The position numbers were made by a program, and so were the translations under genes. Source: Spirochaetia bacterium (GTDB taxonomy: Bacteria; Spirochaetota; Spirochaetia; CADAEX01). From it: a stretch of DNA of 64,000 nt. This document shows, piece by piece, positions 55,460 to 64,000 of this stretch; the first letter of the stretch is position 1; each line of letters opens with the position of its first letter. The stretch is taken from contig OY764868.1 of assembly GCA_963668545.1 (NCBI GenBank), positions 2,011,130 to 2,075,129 of the forward strand, written 5' to 3'. The notes beneath the pieces were generated by a model, which did no database searches, had not been told where the DNA came from, and worked only from the letters and a program-made list of their open reading frames with translations.

Positions 55460-57663
55460 CAGTAGAAAACCCCTCTCAGGCTTATCAGAGAAACTGCCTT
55501 TTCAGTTATTCCGGAATCTTTAAAGCTTTTGTTCAGCCTTTTATAGTATTTATCAAAATCTTCCAAGATATTCTCATATTCCCCTTCCCCGTAATTCTCC
55601 CTGTAAAGGATCTCAGTCAGAATTCCTGAAAGCTTCCTGAAATCACTGTTCCTTGTTTTTTCATTTATTTCCTCAGAAATATCTTTTCTCACAGCAAGAA
55701 CACTGTACTCGGAAGGAGTCAGATATTTCATTTTGACCGGGTACCCCGCTGAAAAATATTTCAGAAGAAGATATCTGTATCTCCTTACAGCATGATCTCT
55801 CATGTTTTTTCCCCTGCTCCGGGAAAGATAAACCAGTTTTGAAAACTTATAAATATATAAAATAATGATAAAAATCACGATGGATGCTGCAAGAAGCCTT
55901 AAAACTACCAGCAGTCCGTTTATATAGTTTTTCTTTTCCCCTGTATCAACAGTCCGGATAATCGGGACAACAACCTGGGCATCATTCATATTGAGTCCTG
56001 CAGGGGGAATTGCAGAACCTGTTGTTTCAAAATCAATCCATCCGTACCCTGAAAGGTAAAACTGCACCCAGGCATGTTTATGGGCTGTTGTAACAAGAAG
56101 AAGCTCATCTGCGGTATATTCTTTAAGCACATCAATATTTTTCCGGAGTTCCAGTATTCCCTTTACATGTGAAGGGGTCTGAAGGTTTCTGGAAGCAAGA
56201 TAACCGCGTACAACTCTGGAGGGTATACCGGCAAGCCTTCCCAGAATAGCTGCTGTGTTTGCAAATTCAGTACAATCACCGGTAAGGCTTCCTGAAAGGA
56301 ATTTTGAGAGCTTTTCAACAGATGTATTTTCATCATACCCTATCTCATACTGGTGTTTTTCAAAACTCCGCAATATCTTTTCTATCCTCTTTCCGGGAGG
56401 AAGATCATCAATATTCATTGATGCAATATAGGAAAGAAAAATATCACGGAATTCAGGATCAAGATCTGAATAAAGATAACCTGAAAGTTTATTCTTTTCA
56501 TCAGGCATCAGCTCCCATCCGTCAGGGACTCTGTCAGCATTGTATGCGGAAATGAATGAAGATACTTTATAGGAATAACTGAAAGGGCTTACCGAGGAAT
56601 CATATACTGTCGGTTCAATCATGAAAGGAAGATAAGGAACAGATCTTTCAGGTATTGCAGAAAGATAGAATGCACTAACTATATCCCTTCCTGAATCATA
56701 CGGGAATTCAGGATTCAGCCAGTTTTCGATAAAACGCTCATTTTTGAGTCTGTTAAGAGACTCGTCATCTGAAAAGAGGAATCCCTTCACAGGATCAAAA
56801 CGGTCAAGATATTCCCATGCGGAATACAGTTCCCCTTTTCCTGAAGCAACAACCATGACAGCATACTGCCTGTTTCCGCTCCCCCCCCTGCGGCTTCTGT
56901 TTCCCCACCTGTCTGCCGGGACCCCCTTGAGGTCGCCATCTTCATCCATTTCACCGATCCCGGAGCCGCCGGGAATTGCCTTTTCATTGCTGAAATTAAG
57001 TATAAAATCAAGCGTTCTTGAACCGTCAGGCAGGAAGAAAAAAACTGCACAAGCGAATACAGTAAAGAAAAGAAAGAGAAAAATATATTCCCTTCTGAAA
57101 TCAGATATCTCTCTTCCCCTTGAAGATATTGTCTTTTGCTCCCTTATTTCCCTGTAATAATAAAAAGATACAGTAAACCACGATATAAGCAGAAGGATAA
57201 AGTATAATGAGGAAATATAACTGTAAAGGCGGTTCTCTGAACTCAGTGAACTTGAAAATCCGATAAGCCTTGAATAAACAAGAAAATAGAAAAGCGCTTC
57301 CAGAAATGAAAGGAACACTGCCTTGAACCTGAACAGAAAATAGGTGGTAAAAAATGCCGCAGCTGACAAGGTAATGGAGAATGACAGGTATGAAGCATAT
57401 GATGGTTTTATCAGGAGAACAAGAGGTATAACTGCAGATGCTGTAATTCTTATTCTGTCAATCTTTTCAGGGCTGAAAAAACCTGCCTGAAATATCTTTT
57501 TCCCGGATAACATGAAAGCAATATAGATTTCAGCCGGTACTGCAACAAAACAGATATAAAACATCGGGAAATCATACATTACCGCTACAGATGGATTTAA
57601 GTATGGAGAAAGAAGGAGAGAAAAATATATCAGATATCGTATAAAAAGAAGCGATCGTCTCAT
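55459..57663 (-). CDS. Transglutaminase-like domain membrane protein
   Basis: 734-aa ORF. About 6 N-terminal TM helices. Transglutaminase core GDCTEFANTAAILGRLAGIPSRVVRGY and HAWVQFYLSGYGWIDFETT. Further TM, then a cytoplasmic tail. Confidence 0.8.
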   Translation of the reverse strand: MRRSLLFIRYLIYFSLLLSPYLNPSVAVMYDFPMFYICFVAVPAEIYIAFMLSGKKIFQAGFFSPEKIDRIRITASAVIPLVLLIKPSYASYLSFSITLSAAAFFTTYFLFRFKAVFLSFLEALFYFLVYSRLIGFSSSLSSENRLYSYISSLYFILLLISWFTVSFYYYREIREQKTISSRGREISDFRREYIFLFLFFTVFACAVFFFLPDGSRTLDFILNFSNEKAIPGGSGIGEMDEDGDLKGVPADRWGNRSRRGGSGNRQYAVMVVASGKGELYSAWEYLDRFDPVKGFLFSDDESLNRLKNERFIENWLNPEFPYDSGRDIVSAFYLSAIPERSVPYLPFMIEPTVYDSSVSPFSYSYKVSSFISAYNADRVPDGWELMPDEKNKLSGYLYSDLDPEFRDIFLSYIASMNIDDLPPGKRIEKILRSFEKHQYEIGYDENTSVEKLSKFLSGSLTGDCTEFANTAAILGRLAGIPSRVVRGYLASRNLQTPSHVKGILELRKNIDVLKEYTADELLLVTTAHKHAWVQFYLSGYGWIDFETTGSAIPPAGLNMNDAQVVVPIIRTVDTGEKKNYINGLLVVLRLLAASIVIFIIILYIYKFSKLVYLSRSRGKNMRDHAVRRYRYLLLKYFSAGYPVKMKYLTPSEYSVLAVRKDISEEINEKTRNSDFRKLSGILTEILYRENYGEGEYENILEDFDKYYKRLNKSFKDSGITEKAVSLISLRGVFY

Positions 57664-58994
57664 ATAGTATTACTTGCCCTTCTCTTATTCCTGCGGGACT
57701 TTACCCGGTATGTATCTGTGACTATATCCACAGCCCTGGTATCAGCATCAGGAATTTCAGCAGAAGATTCTGTAACTGATGTGCTGTAAAATCTTCTCAT
57801 AGATGTGATGAATTTCAGTCCCGGGAAAATTCCTTCACCCGGACTGTCAAAGCCACTTCCGTCAATCATATACCTGTTTTCTTCATCTCTTTTCATATCA
57901 GGATTTTCCGGCTTGATAATCCTGGGATAAAAGAAACAGAATCCTGAAGAGTTTATGAAAAAGGGTTCAAGATCCTCAATCATTTCCGGTTTTTCACAGA
58001 ACACAGCAAAAGGACCTTCTGACTCACTGAATATTTTTTCAAAATCATTCCTTATTTCCTGGAGAGAGAGTTCCCTGTTTACAGCATTCAGGCCATTAAT
58101 ATCAGCAACATTAATATTTTTGCTGTTAATAAATACGCTGAATTTATAATTCTCAGCTGTCAGGAGGGAATTAAGATAAAACCTGAAATATTCCCTGAAA
58201 AAACGGAACACCAGGAATCCCTGATAAACACTTTCCCCGAAAAGATCAGGATCGCTGCAGTAGACAATATTAATCTGTTTTACTTCATTGTCATTTCCGG
58301 GAGCAATCCTGGTGAATATTGTATTTGATTTACTGCTGGCTTTCCAGTTGATATCCCGGGACCTGTCACCCCTTATATATTCTCTCATAAGTATTTTTTC
58401 AAAATCGTTTTCATCAGGTTTTTTGTTTTTCACAAAACTGCTCATGGAATCTTTTATATTTCTCACAGCATTGTCAGGAAGACCCGGGATTACAGGGATA
58501 GATATTATTTCCTTTCCGGCGCAGGGGATTCTCATCAGCCCGAAAATATCCTCAAGGCAGTATATCGACTCTGCATCAATAATACCCGGAGTTTTCAGGC
58601 GGAAACCAGATTCAATAATACCTGACCTGTCTGAAATAAACCTTCTGAAGTAGCGGAAACTCTTTCCTGTTACATGGAAATATCCTTTAATAACTGCTGA
58701 ATAGCGGAAGAAAACAGGGGGGGGCTGTTCAAAAGCAATAACAATGCTGTTTCCGGAAACAGAGGAAGAAGAAATCTCCCCCTTTATTTTTACAGTAATA
58801 TTATTATGCCTGTATCTACCTGAAAAATAAAATAAAACAGAAGCTATAATAAAAAGGATCAGAAAAAAAACTGAAGAAATAAAGATGCTCTGATAATCAG
58901 AATCAGCATAACCTTTCCCGAAAACAAACAGTACAGTTGAAACTGCAGCAGTTCCGGGAAGTGTAAGCGGATAATGTTTCAGTATTTTTCTCAT
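57660..58994 (-). CDS. DUF58-domain protein
   Basis: 444-aa ORF. Two N-terminal TM helices. DUF58 signature REYIRGDRSRDINWKASSK. 4-nt overlaps with both neighbours. Confidence 0.8.
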   Translation of the reverse strand: MRKILKHYPLTLPGTAAVSTVLFVFGKGYADSDYQSIFISSVFFLILFIIASVLFYFSGRYRHNNITVKIKGEISSSSVSGNSIVIAFEQPPPVFFRYSAVIKGYFHVTGKSFRYFRRFISDRSGIIESGFRLKTPGIIDAESIYCLEDIFGLMRIPCAGKEIISIPVIPGLPDNAVRNIKDSMSSFVKNKKPDENDFEKILMREYIRGDRSRDINWKASSKSNTIFTRIAPGNDNEVKQINIVYCSDPDLFGESVYQGFLVFRFFREYFRFYLNSLLTAENYKFSVFINSKNINVADINGLNAVNRELSLQEIRNDFEKIFSESEGPFAVFCEKPEMIEDLEPFFINSSGFCFFYPRIIKPENPDMKRDEENRYMIDGSGFDSPGEGIFPGLKFITSMRRFYSTSVTESSAEIPDADTRAVDIVTDTYRVKSRRNKRRASNTI

Positions 58995-60031
58995 ATTTCA
59001 ATTTTTACTGTTTCCAGTATATCAGACAGGACATCCTCTGTTTTTACGGAATTCTCATGCATCACTATCCTGTGGCTTATTGTCGGAATAAAAAGTTCCT
59101 TGACAGTATCAGGTGTAACATAATTTTCCCCTCTGAGAAGTGAAAGTGATCTTGCAAGCCTTGACAGTTTGACACCTGCCCTGGGGCTTGCTCCCTGTTT
59201 GATGAATGGATTGTCCCTGGTAAGCCTTACACAGCTGACAATATATCTTATAAGATCCTCGTGGATTGTTACATGATCAACCATCTCCTGCCATGAGATA
59301 AGTTCATCCGCTGTTGTTACAGGTTTCAGATTATCCCACCCGTCGCTTCTGCCATGCTGCCTGACAATACCGCATTCATCAGCGCTGTCCGGTATTCCCA
59401 TGGAAATTTTGATCATGAACCGGTCCAGCTGTGGAGCGGGAAGAGGAAAAAGATGGGCCCCTTCAAGGTTCATTGTTGCAATTATGAAAAAAGGTGAAGG
59501 CAGATCGAATGTTTTACCTTCAATTGTCACTTTCTGCTCTTCCATCGCCTGGAAAAAAGATCCCTGTGTTTTAGGAGTCAGAAGGTTGATTTCATCACAC
59601 AGAACGAAATTTGAAAAAATCGGCCCCTTGTTGAAAATGAAATCATCATCCCCGATACTTTCCTTTGTCAGGTCAATCCGGCTGAAGCCTATAATATCCT
59701 GGGGTAGAAGGTCTACTGTACACTGGATTCTGCTGAAAGGTTCAACATCAATCTGTCCGGAGGTCTTCTTTCTTTTTCTGTTTTCAATTGAACCGGCAAG
59801 GGCTCTTGCCAGGGAGGTTTTACCGACACCATGGGTATCTGCAAGAATTACATGCCCTCCGGCAATTTTCGAGGCGAGAATATACTCAAGTTTTTTTCTT
59901 TCAACAAAGATTACTTTTTTAATATTATCTATTAGAGATGCGACCTTGATGCTTACTGCTTCAGCATCAACTGCAGCTGTTTTTTTATCTTCCATAAAAT
60001 AAAGATTATACAAAAATGGCAAACAAATCAA
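58991..60031 (-). CDS. MoxR-family AAA+ ATPase
   Basis: 346-aa ORF (the start may be the internal ATG giving MEDKK...). Walker A HGVGKTSLARALA. Walker B VLCDEINL. MoxR-type C-terminal segment GASPRAGVKLSRLARSLSLLRGENYVTPD. Confidence 0.88.
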   Translation of the reverse strand: MICLPFLYNLYFMEDKKTAAVDAEAVSIKVASLIDNIKKVIFVERKKLEYILASKIAGGHVILADTHGVGKTSLARALAGSIENRKRKKTSGQIDVEPFSRIQCTVDLLPQDIIGFSRIDLTKESIGDDDFIFNKGPIFSNFVLCDEINLLTPKTQGSFFQAMEEQKVTIEGKTFDLPSPFFIIATMNLEGAHLFPLPAPQLDRFMIKISMGIPDSADECGIVRQHGRSDGWDNLKPVTTADELISWQEMVDHVTIHEDLIRYIVSCVRLTRDNPFIKQGASPRAGVKLSRLARSLSLLRGENYVTPDTVKELFIPTISHRIVMHENSVKTEDVLSDILETVKIEI

Positions 60032-60087
60032 TCTTGATTTTTTTATGCCGAATTTACAGATTCTATTGTATAATTCAGTGACTTTTT

Positions 60088-61683
60088 ATGGAAAAAATTA
60101 TCCCGAATCCGCCGAGTGACATAAAAACCAAAATAACACTTCTGGCAACAAGTGTTGTATTCGTCTCGCTTCTCCTTGTAGCGCTTCTGCTCGGGCAGTT
60201 TTCCTTTGTGAAAGTGGAATCCCTGCTCGACAAGCATATTATGGATATTGCAAGAACAGTAGCACAGATACCGACTATCCAGAAAAGGGTTGGTACTGAC
60301 TCGGGATACAGATATATCCAGCCTATTGCAAACAGTATTCGTGAAGAGACCAATGCGGAATATATAATTGTTTTCTCGCTGGGAGGGATAATGTGCTCAG
60401 CTCCCAACGGGGAGGATATCGGGAAAAAACTGAAAGGGTGGGACTGGGAAGAGTCTCTCAGGGGAAAAAAATACATAATAAAAACTTCAAGCAGTTCAGG
60501 GCCTATCCTCAGGGCTTTTATACCGATATACAACAATAACCAGCAGGTCGGAGCAGTCCTTGTAGGTATGCTTCTAAAGAATGTAAATGACCTTTCTGGC
60601 GAAATAAGGTTCAGTATTATTGCTGTAACAATTGTAGGCCTTCTTATCGGAATGATAGGATCATCCATTCTTGCAGACAGCATAAAAACCACCATGTTTA
60701 ATCTTGAGCCCTATGAAATTGCCACCTTTTTCAAGGAATTCGAGGCAGTACTTGAATCGGTAAGAGAAGCTATAATTGCGATAGACAGGGAAGGAAAGGT
60801 AACAATTGTAAATAACGAAGCAAGAAGAATGCTCAATATCAACACCAGTGTAAGGGGAATTAAAATCCAGGATCTGATTACAGATTCAAGACTTCCTGAA
60901 GTGCTTGAATCCGGAGAACCCCAGTTCGACCATGAACAGAATATCGGGAACAACAGGGTTCTCTGCAACAAGATGCCAATCAAATTCGAAGGTAAAATAA
61001 TCGGTGCTATTGCCTGTTACAGGGATATTACAGAGATTCTCACCATGGCTGAGGAATTCACAGGAGTAAAGGAATATCTGGAAGCTCTTCGTGTATCAAA
61101 TCATGAGTTTTCAAACAAACTTCATACAATTTCAGGACTTATCCAGCTCGGGGATTACAGCAAAGCTCTTGAATATATATCCGACCAGACTGATATCCAT
61201 AAAAATGTTGTTTCATTTATTTCAAAAAGAGTCCATTCTTCAGCAGTTGCAGGACTTCTTATCGGAAAAAGGGGAAAATGTATTGAACTTGGTATTGATT
61301 TTACAATTGATAATGATACAAACCTCGGAAAAATCAAAAAAACAGATGCCACCTCCCTTGCAGTTGTTATAGGAAATCTCCTTGACAATGCCATGACAGC
61401 AGTCAATAATAATGATAAAAATAACAAGAAAATATATTTCTCCATGTTTCATGAACTTGATAAAGTGTATATAAGTGTTATTGATAACGGCTACGGCATT
61501 TCAGAAGAAGTGGCATCAAAGATTTACAACAAGGGCTTTACAACAAAGAAAAACTACAACAGCGGTTACGGATTATATCTGATAAAATCAATCGTTGATT
61601 CATACCACGGTGAAATTAATTTTGAAAACAACAGAGACGGTTTGACAGAATTTATGATAATACTTCCAATGAAGGAGGAGTAG
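60088..61683 (+). CDS. Sensor histidine kinase, DcuS/CitA family
   Basis: 531-aa ORF. TM - periplasmic Cache/PAS-like domain - TM - cytoplasmic PAS (REAIIAIDREGKVTIVNNEARRML). H-box SNHEFSNKLHTISGLIQLG. ATPase motifs GNLLDNA, DNGYGI, GFTTK, GYGLYL. Confidence 0.88.
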   Translation: MEKIIPNPPSDIKTKITLLATSVVFVSLLLVALLLGQFSFVKVESLLDKHIMDIARTVAQIPTIQKRVGTDSGYRYIQPIANSIREETNAEYIIVFSLGGIMCSAPNGEDIGKKLKGWDWEESLRGKKYIIKTSSSSGPILRAFIPIYNNNQQVGAVLVGMLLKNVNDLSGEIRFSIIAVTIVGLLIGMIGSSILADSIKTTMFNLEPYEIATFFKEFEAVLESVREAIIAIDREGKVTIVNNEARRMLNINTSVRGIKIQDLITDSRLPEVLESGEPQFDHEQNIGNNRVLCNKMPIKFEGKIIGAIACYRDITEILTMAEEFTGVKEYLEALRVSNHEFSNKLHTISGLIQLGDYSKALEYISDQTDIHKNVVSFISKRVHSSAVAGLLIGKRGKCIELGIDFTIDNDTNLGKIKKTDATSLAVVIGNLLDNAMTAVNNNDKNNKKIYFSMFHELDKVYISVIDNGYGISEEVASKIYNKGFTTKKNYNSGYGLYLIKSIVDSYHGEINFENNRDGLTEFMIILPMKEE

Positions 61684-61687
61684 AACA

Positions 61688-62368
61688 GTGGATATTAAGG
61701 TTATGGTAGTTGAAGATGATCCAATGGTTTCAGATATTCACAAGAAATTCATCAATTCCATCGAAGGTTTTACCGTATTCGCCATAGCCACAAATGGTCA
61801 GGAAGCAATTGGTATTATTGAAAGTGAAAATGTAGACCTTGTAATTCTTGATATTTTTATGCCTGTAATGGATGGTATTGAAACAATGAAGCAGATCAGA
61901 AGCAAGGGCAAGGATATAGATATCATCCTGATAACTGCTGCTGTGGAAGGTGAAATTGTCAAGAAATGCATGAGATTCGGTGCTGTTGACTATATAATCA
62001 AACCCTTCAAGTTTGAAAGACTTAACTCTTCCCTTGAAAACTACAGAAAAATGTTTCAGACAAGATTTGACTTTCCTGACAAATATGAGCAGAGCGATGT
62101 GGATTCACTCTTTATTACAAAAAGAGATATAAATACTTCCTCGGACCTTCCCAAAGGACTTCAGCATTCAACTCTTGAAAAAATCATAGAAACAATGAAC
62201 GAACTTGACTATCCCCCTTCTGCAGATGAGGTGGCAGCCATATGCGGTATATCACGGGTTACAGCAAGAAGATACCTTGAATATCTTGTCTATTACGGGC
62301 AGGCTGTTATTGAACCCCAGTATCTCAAGATTGGAAGACCTGTAAACAAGTACAGGTACCTAAAATAA
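61688..62368 (+). CDS. Response regulator, CitB/DcuR family
   Basis: 226-aa ORF with GTG start after GGAGG. Receiver (VVEDDP, LVILDIFMPVMDG, ILITAA, IIKP) plus C-terminal HTH (ADEVAAICGISRVTARRYLEYL). Confidence 0.88.
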   Translation: MDIKVMVVEDDPMVSDIHKKFINSIEGFTVFAIATNGQEAIGIIESENVDLVILDIFMPVMDGIETMKQIRSKGKDIDIILITAAVEGEIVKKCMRFGAVDYIIKPFKFERLNSSLENYRKMFQTRFDFPDKYEQSDVDSLFITKRDINTSSDLPKGLQHSTLEKIIETMNELDYPPSADEVAAICGISRVTARRYLEYLVYYGQAVIEPQYLKIGRPVNKYRYLK

Positions 62369-62370
62369 AA

Positions 62371-62392
62371 CCTCTGCAATAAATTGCAGAGG
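62371..62392 (+). terminator. Hairpin after the response-regulator gene (possible terminator, poor U-tract)
   Basis: CCTCTGCAAT-aa-ATTGCAGAGG begins 3 nt after the stop. A second perfect 9-bp hairpin lies at 62442..62463. Confidence 0.4.
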
Positions 62393-62663
62393 CCACCCCA
62401 AATTATTAAAGCAAGGAACATGCCAGTATTCCTCACAGTTCCAGAAACAGTTTCCTGTTTCTGTTGATCGCATAATTAATATAATACTTTGAGAGTAATA
62501 TTTCAATATTTTTTAAGCGATTTGCTGTAGTTTTGTTAGTTTTTTGTTTAATTTGTGTGAGGATATTGTTAGGTCATGTAAGATGAAATTATTGAGTCTT
62601 CTTTACTTTATAGATGAAAGCGATTCATGTATAATCAGATAATTATTTAATTCCGGAGAAAAA

Positions 62664-64000
62664 ATGACTATTATCGACATCAAAACATCATTGATTATCG
62701 GCGATCCAGACAGTACTGATCTGTATAATGAAAAAGCAACTGATAAAACATGTGATTACTGTAAAACACTGCAGAACAGGATCAGAGGCAATCTGAACAG
62801 AATGATTCTGTCAGCTTCCGGCTGGAGAAAAATTTTCTCCCTTGAAGAGGGGGAAAATAATAACGAGGACAGCATGTCAGGAGCAATATCCCCGGAAGAT
62901 ACATTTCTTGTTTCTTCCGCAGCTTATATTTTCGGTAATTACATCATAAATACAACAGGCAGGAAAAAGCCGGTTATTTCCGTGGGCCTTGATTCAAGAC
63001 CGACAGGACCGGAAATCGGCCGTGCAGTGGTTAAAACACTTGTCGCAATGGGTTTTGAAGTCAGATATCACTTTATTGTATCTGCACCTGAGATAATGGC
63101 ATATGTCAAGCAGACCGGAGAATCAGACGGTTTTATCTATATTTCCGCAAGCCACAATCCTTCAGGGTATAATGGGATAAAATTCGGCCCTTCAACAGGA
63201 GCTGTCCTCGGAGGCAGCGAGTCTGCAGAAATAATCAGAAATTTCAGGGATTTTATAACAAACAGTGACCCGGTGGGATTTCTTGAAAATCTGACAAAAA
63301 ATATAACTTCAAACGATCTTGAAAAAGCATACATTGAATCAGAAAAATGGAAATCAGAATCATATAAATCATATCTTCAATTCAACAAATCAATATTTAC
63401 ATTCAGCGGGAGATACAATCCGGAAGGTAAAAAACATGATATCGGGATTGTTGCAGATATGAACGGCAGCGCAAGGTGTGTTTCAATTGACAGGGATTTT
63501 TTCAATATTCTCGGTATAAAATCCTTTTTTTTCAACAGCACTGCCGGAGTAATAAATCACCCTATCCTTCCTGAGGGGGAAAATCTTGATTTCTGCAGAA
63601 TTGAGCTTGAAAAAAAATACAGGGAGGACAGCTCTTTTGTACTGGGTTATATGCCTGACAATGACGGAGACAGGGGCAACCTTGTTTATATCAACAGCGG
63701 GACCGGCAGGGCTGAAATACTGGAGGCCCAGGAGGTTTTTGCACTGGCATGCCTTTCCGAACTGGCATTCATGGTTTATTCAGGAATTCTCAGATATGAC
63801 AGCAGCGGCAGACTGACTGGAAAATGTGCAGTTGCGGTTAACGGACCGACCTCAATGAGGATAGAAAAAATATGTTCAGCTTTCGGTGTTGAAGTCTTCA
63901 GGTCTGAAGTGGGAGAAGCAAATGTTGTAAACCTCTCAAGAAGGCTGATGGAAGATGGATGGATAATAAGACTTCTTGGTGAAGGTTCAAACGGCGGAAA
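62664..64000 (+). CDS. Alpha-D-phosphohexomutase family protein (phosphoglucomutase/phosphomannomutase-like), 3' end off-window
   Basis: Not in the ORF track because no stop is reached. My translation from ATG 62664 (GGAG 6 nt upstream) stays open to nt 64000. It contains the phosphoserine loop YISASHNPSGYNGIKF, the metal loop MPDNDGDRGN and the sugar loop GEGSNGG. Confidence 0.88.
   Translation, partial: MTIIDIKTSLIIGDPDSTDLYNEKATDKTCDYCKTLQNRIRGNLNRMILSASGWRKIFSLEEGENNNEDSMSGAISPEDTFLVSSAAYIFGNYIINTTGRKKPVISVGLDSRPTGPEIGRAVVKTLVAMGFEVRYHFIVSAPEIMAYVKQTGESDGFIYISASHNPSGYNGIKFGPSTGAVLGGSESAEIIRNFRDFITNSDPVGFLENLTKNITSNDLEKAYIESEKWKSESYKSYLQFNKSIFTFSGRYNPEGKKHDIGIVADMNGSARCVSIDRDFFNILGIKSFFFNSTAGVINHPILPEGENLDFCRIELEKKYREDSSFVLGYMPDNDGDRGNLVYINSGTGRAEILEAQEVFALACLSELAFMVYSGILRYDSSGRLTGKCAVAVNGPTSMRIEKICSAFGVEVFRSEVGEANVVNLSRRLMEDGWIIRLLGEGSNGG

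Noticed and set aside
60075-60695. 206-aa minus-strand ORF overlapping the histidine kinase gene. Similar long antisense ORFs lie at 2396..3016, 28416..28871, 59400..60002, 43687..44043 and 56744..57157.
   Set aside because: All lie fully inside confidently recognised genes on the other strand and have low-complexity Ser/Leu/Phe/Ile-rich translations without motifs. This is typical of antisense frames in AT-rich coding DNA.
62442-62463. Perfect 9-bp hairpin CAGAAACAG-tttc-CTGTTTCTG and a T/G-rich tract (about 62520-62565) in the leader of the phosphohexomutase gene
   Set aside because: There is no U-tract, no recognisable riboswitch core and no repeat elsewhere in the window. It may be a second terminator for the two-component operon or incidental structure.
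63137-63816. Track ORFs 63137..63334 (-) and 63586..63816 (+)
   Set aside because: Both are inside the long open phosphohexomutase frame that runs off the right edge, and neither has motifs or an RBS.
1-64000. Search for CRISPR arrays, tRNA/rRNA genes, IS elements, integrases, phage or defence-system genes
   Set aside because: By eye I found no spaced direct-repeat array, no tRNA-like T-arm/acceptor patterns in the intergenic gaps, and no ORF with transposase, integrase, reverse-transcriptase, restriction or helicase-nuclease motifs. The only notable DNA repeat is the nfo tandem repeat. This was a visual scan, so short or degenerate elements could have been missed.

Overview
This is 64 kb of AT-rich, densely coded bacterial chromosome with about 60 protein genes on both strands. 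Many genes overlap by 1-25 nt or sit a few nt apart, which implies operons. The gene content looks spirochaete-like, but that is an inference, not proven. It rests on FlgF/FlgG rod genes with a single-domain FlgJ-like rod-binding protein, a CheC-type phosphatase, FecR-domain proteins next to a class III adenylate cyclase, many lipobox signal peptides and many GGDEF/EAL/HD-GYP proteins. Most of the window is housekeeping or metabolic. In order it holds a GntR-MBL-TRAP transporter operon, arsC, flagellar rod genes, tsaD, nfo, thioredoxin and cysK-metY-metA. These are followed by yhhQ behind a preQ1-I riboswitch, hisD-folC-macro domain, an NFACT protein, an AmmeMemoRadiSam A/B pair and miaA-rpoZ. 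The remainder holds murC-yicC-cmk, a cNMP/HD-GYP protein, CapA, an M48 protease, mtnN, a MoxR-DUF58-transglutaminase-PQQ operon and a DcuS/DcuR-like two-component system. A 3'-truncated phosphohexomutase gene at the right edge is missing from the ORF track. I found no rRNA, tRNA, CRISPR array, transposase, integrase, phage gene or recognisable defence gene, so this does not look like an accessory island and I cannot point to a clear-cut novel system. Five items most deserve a second look. (1) A 102-bp tandem repeat re-iterates the nfo RBS, start codon and first codons, with a GC-rich hairpin in each unit. (2) A tightly coupled receiver - CheC phosphatase - PAS-GGDEF operon sits among several c-di-GMP/cAMP enzymes next to the flagellar rod genes. 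(3) The four-gene MoxR/DUF58/transglutaminase/PQQ-propeller operon lies divergent from the two-component system. (4) Two stand-alone small genes have their own RBS and terminator: a 58-aa wHTH protein not in the ORF track and a 64-aa basic zinc-ribbon protein. (5) The adenylate cyclase reading frame stays open to the left window edge.
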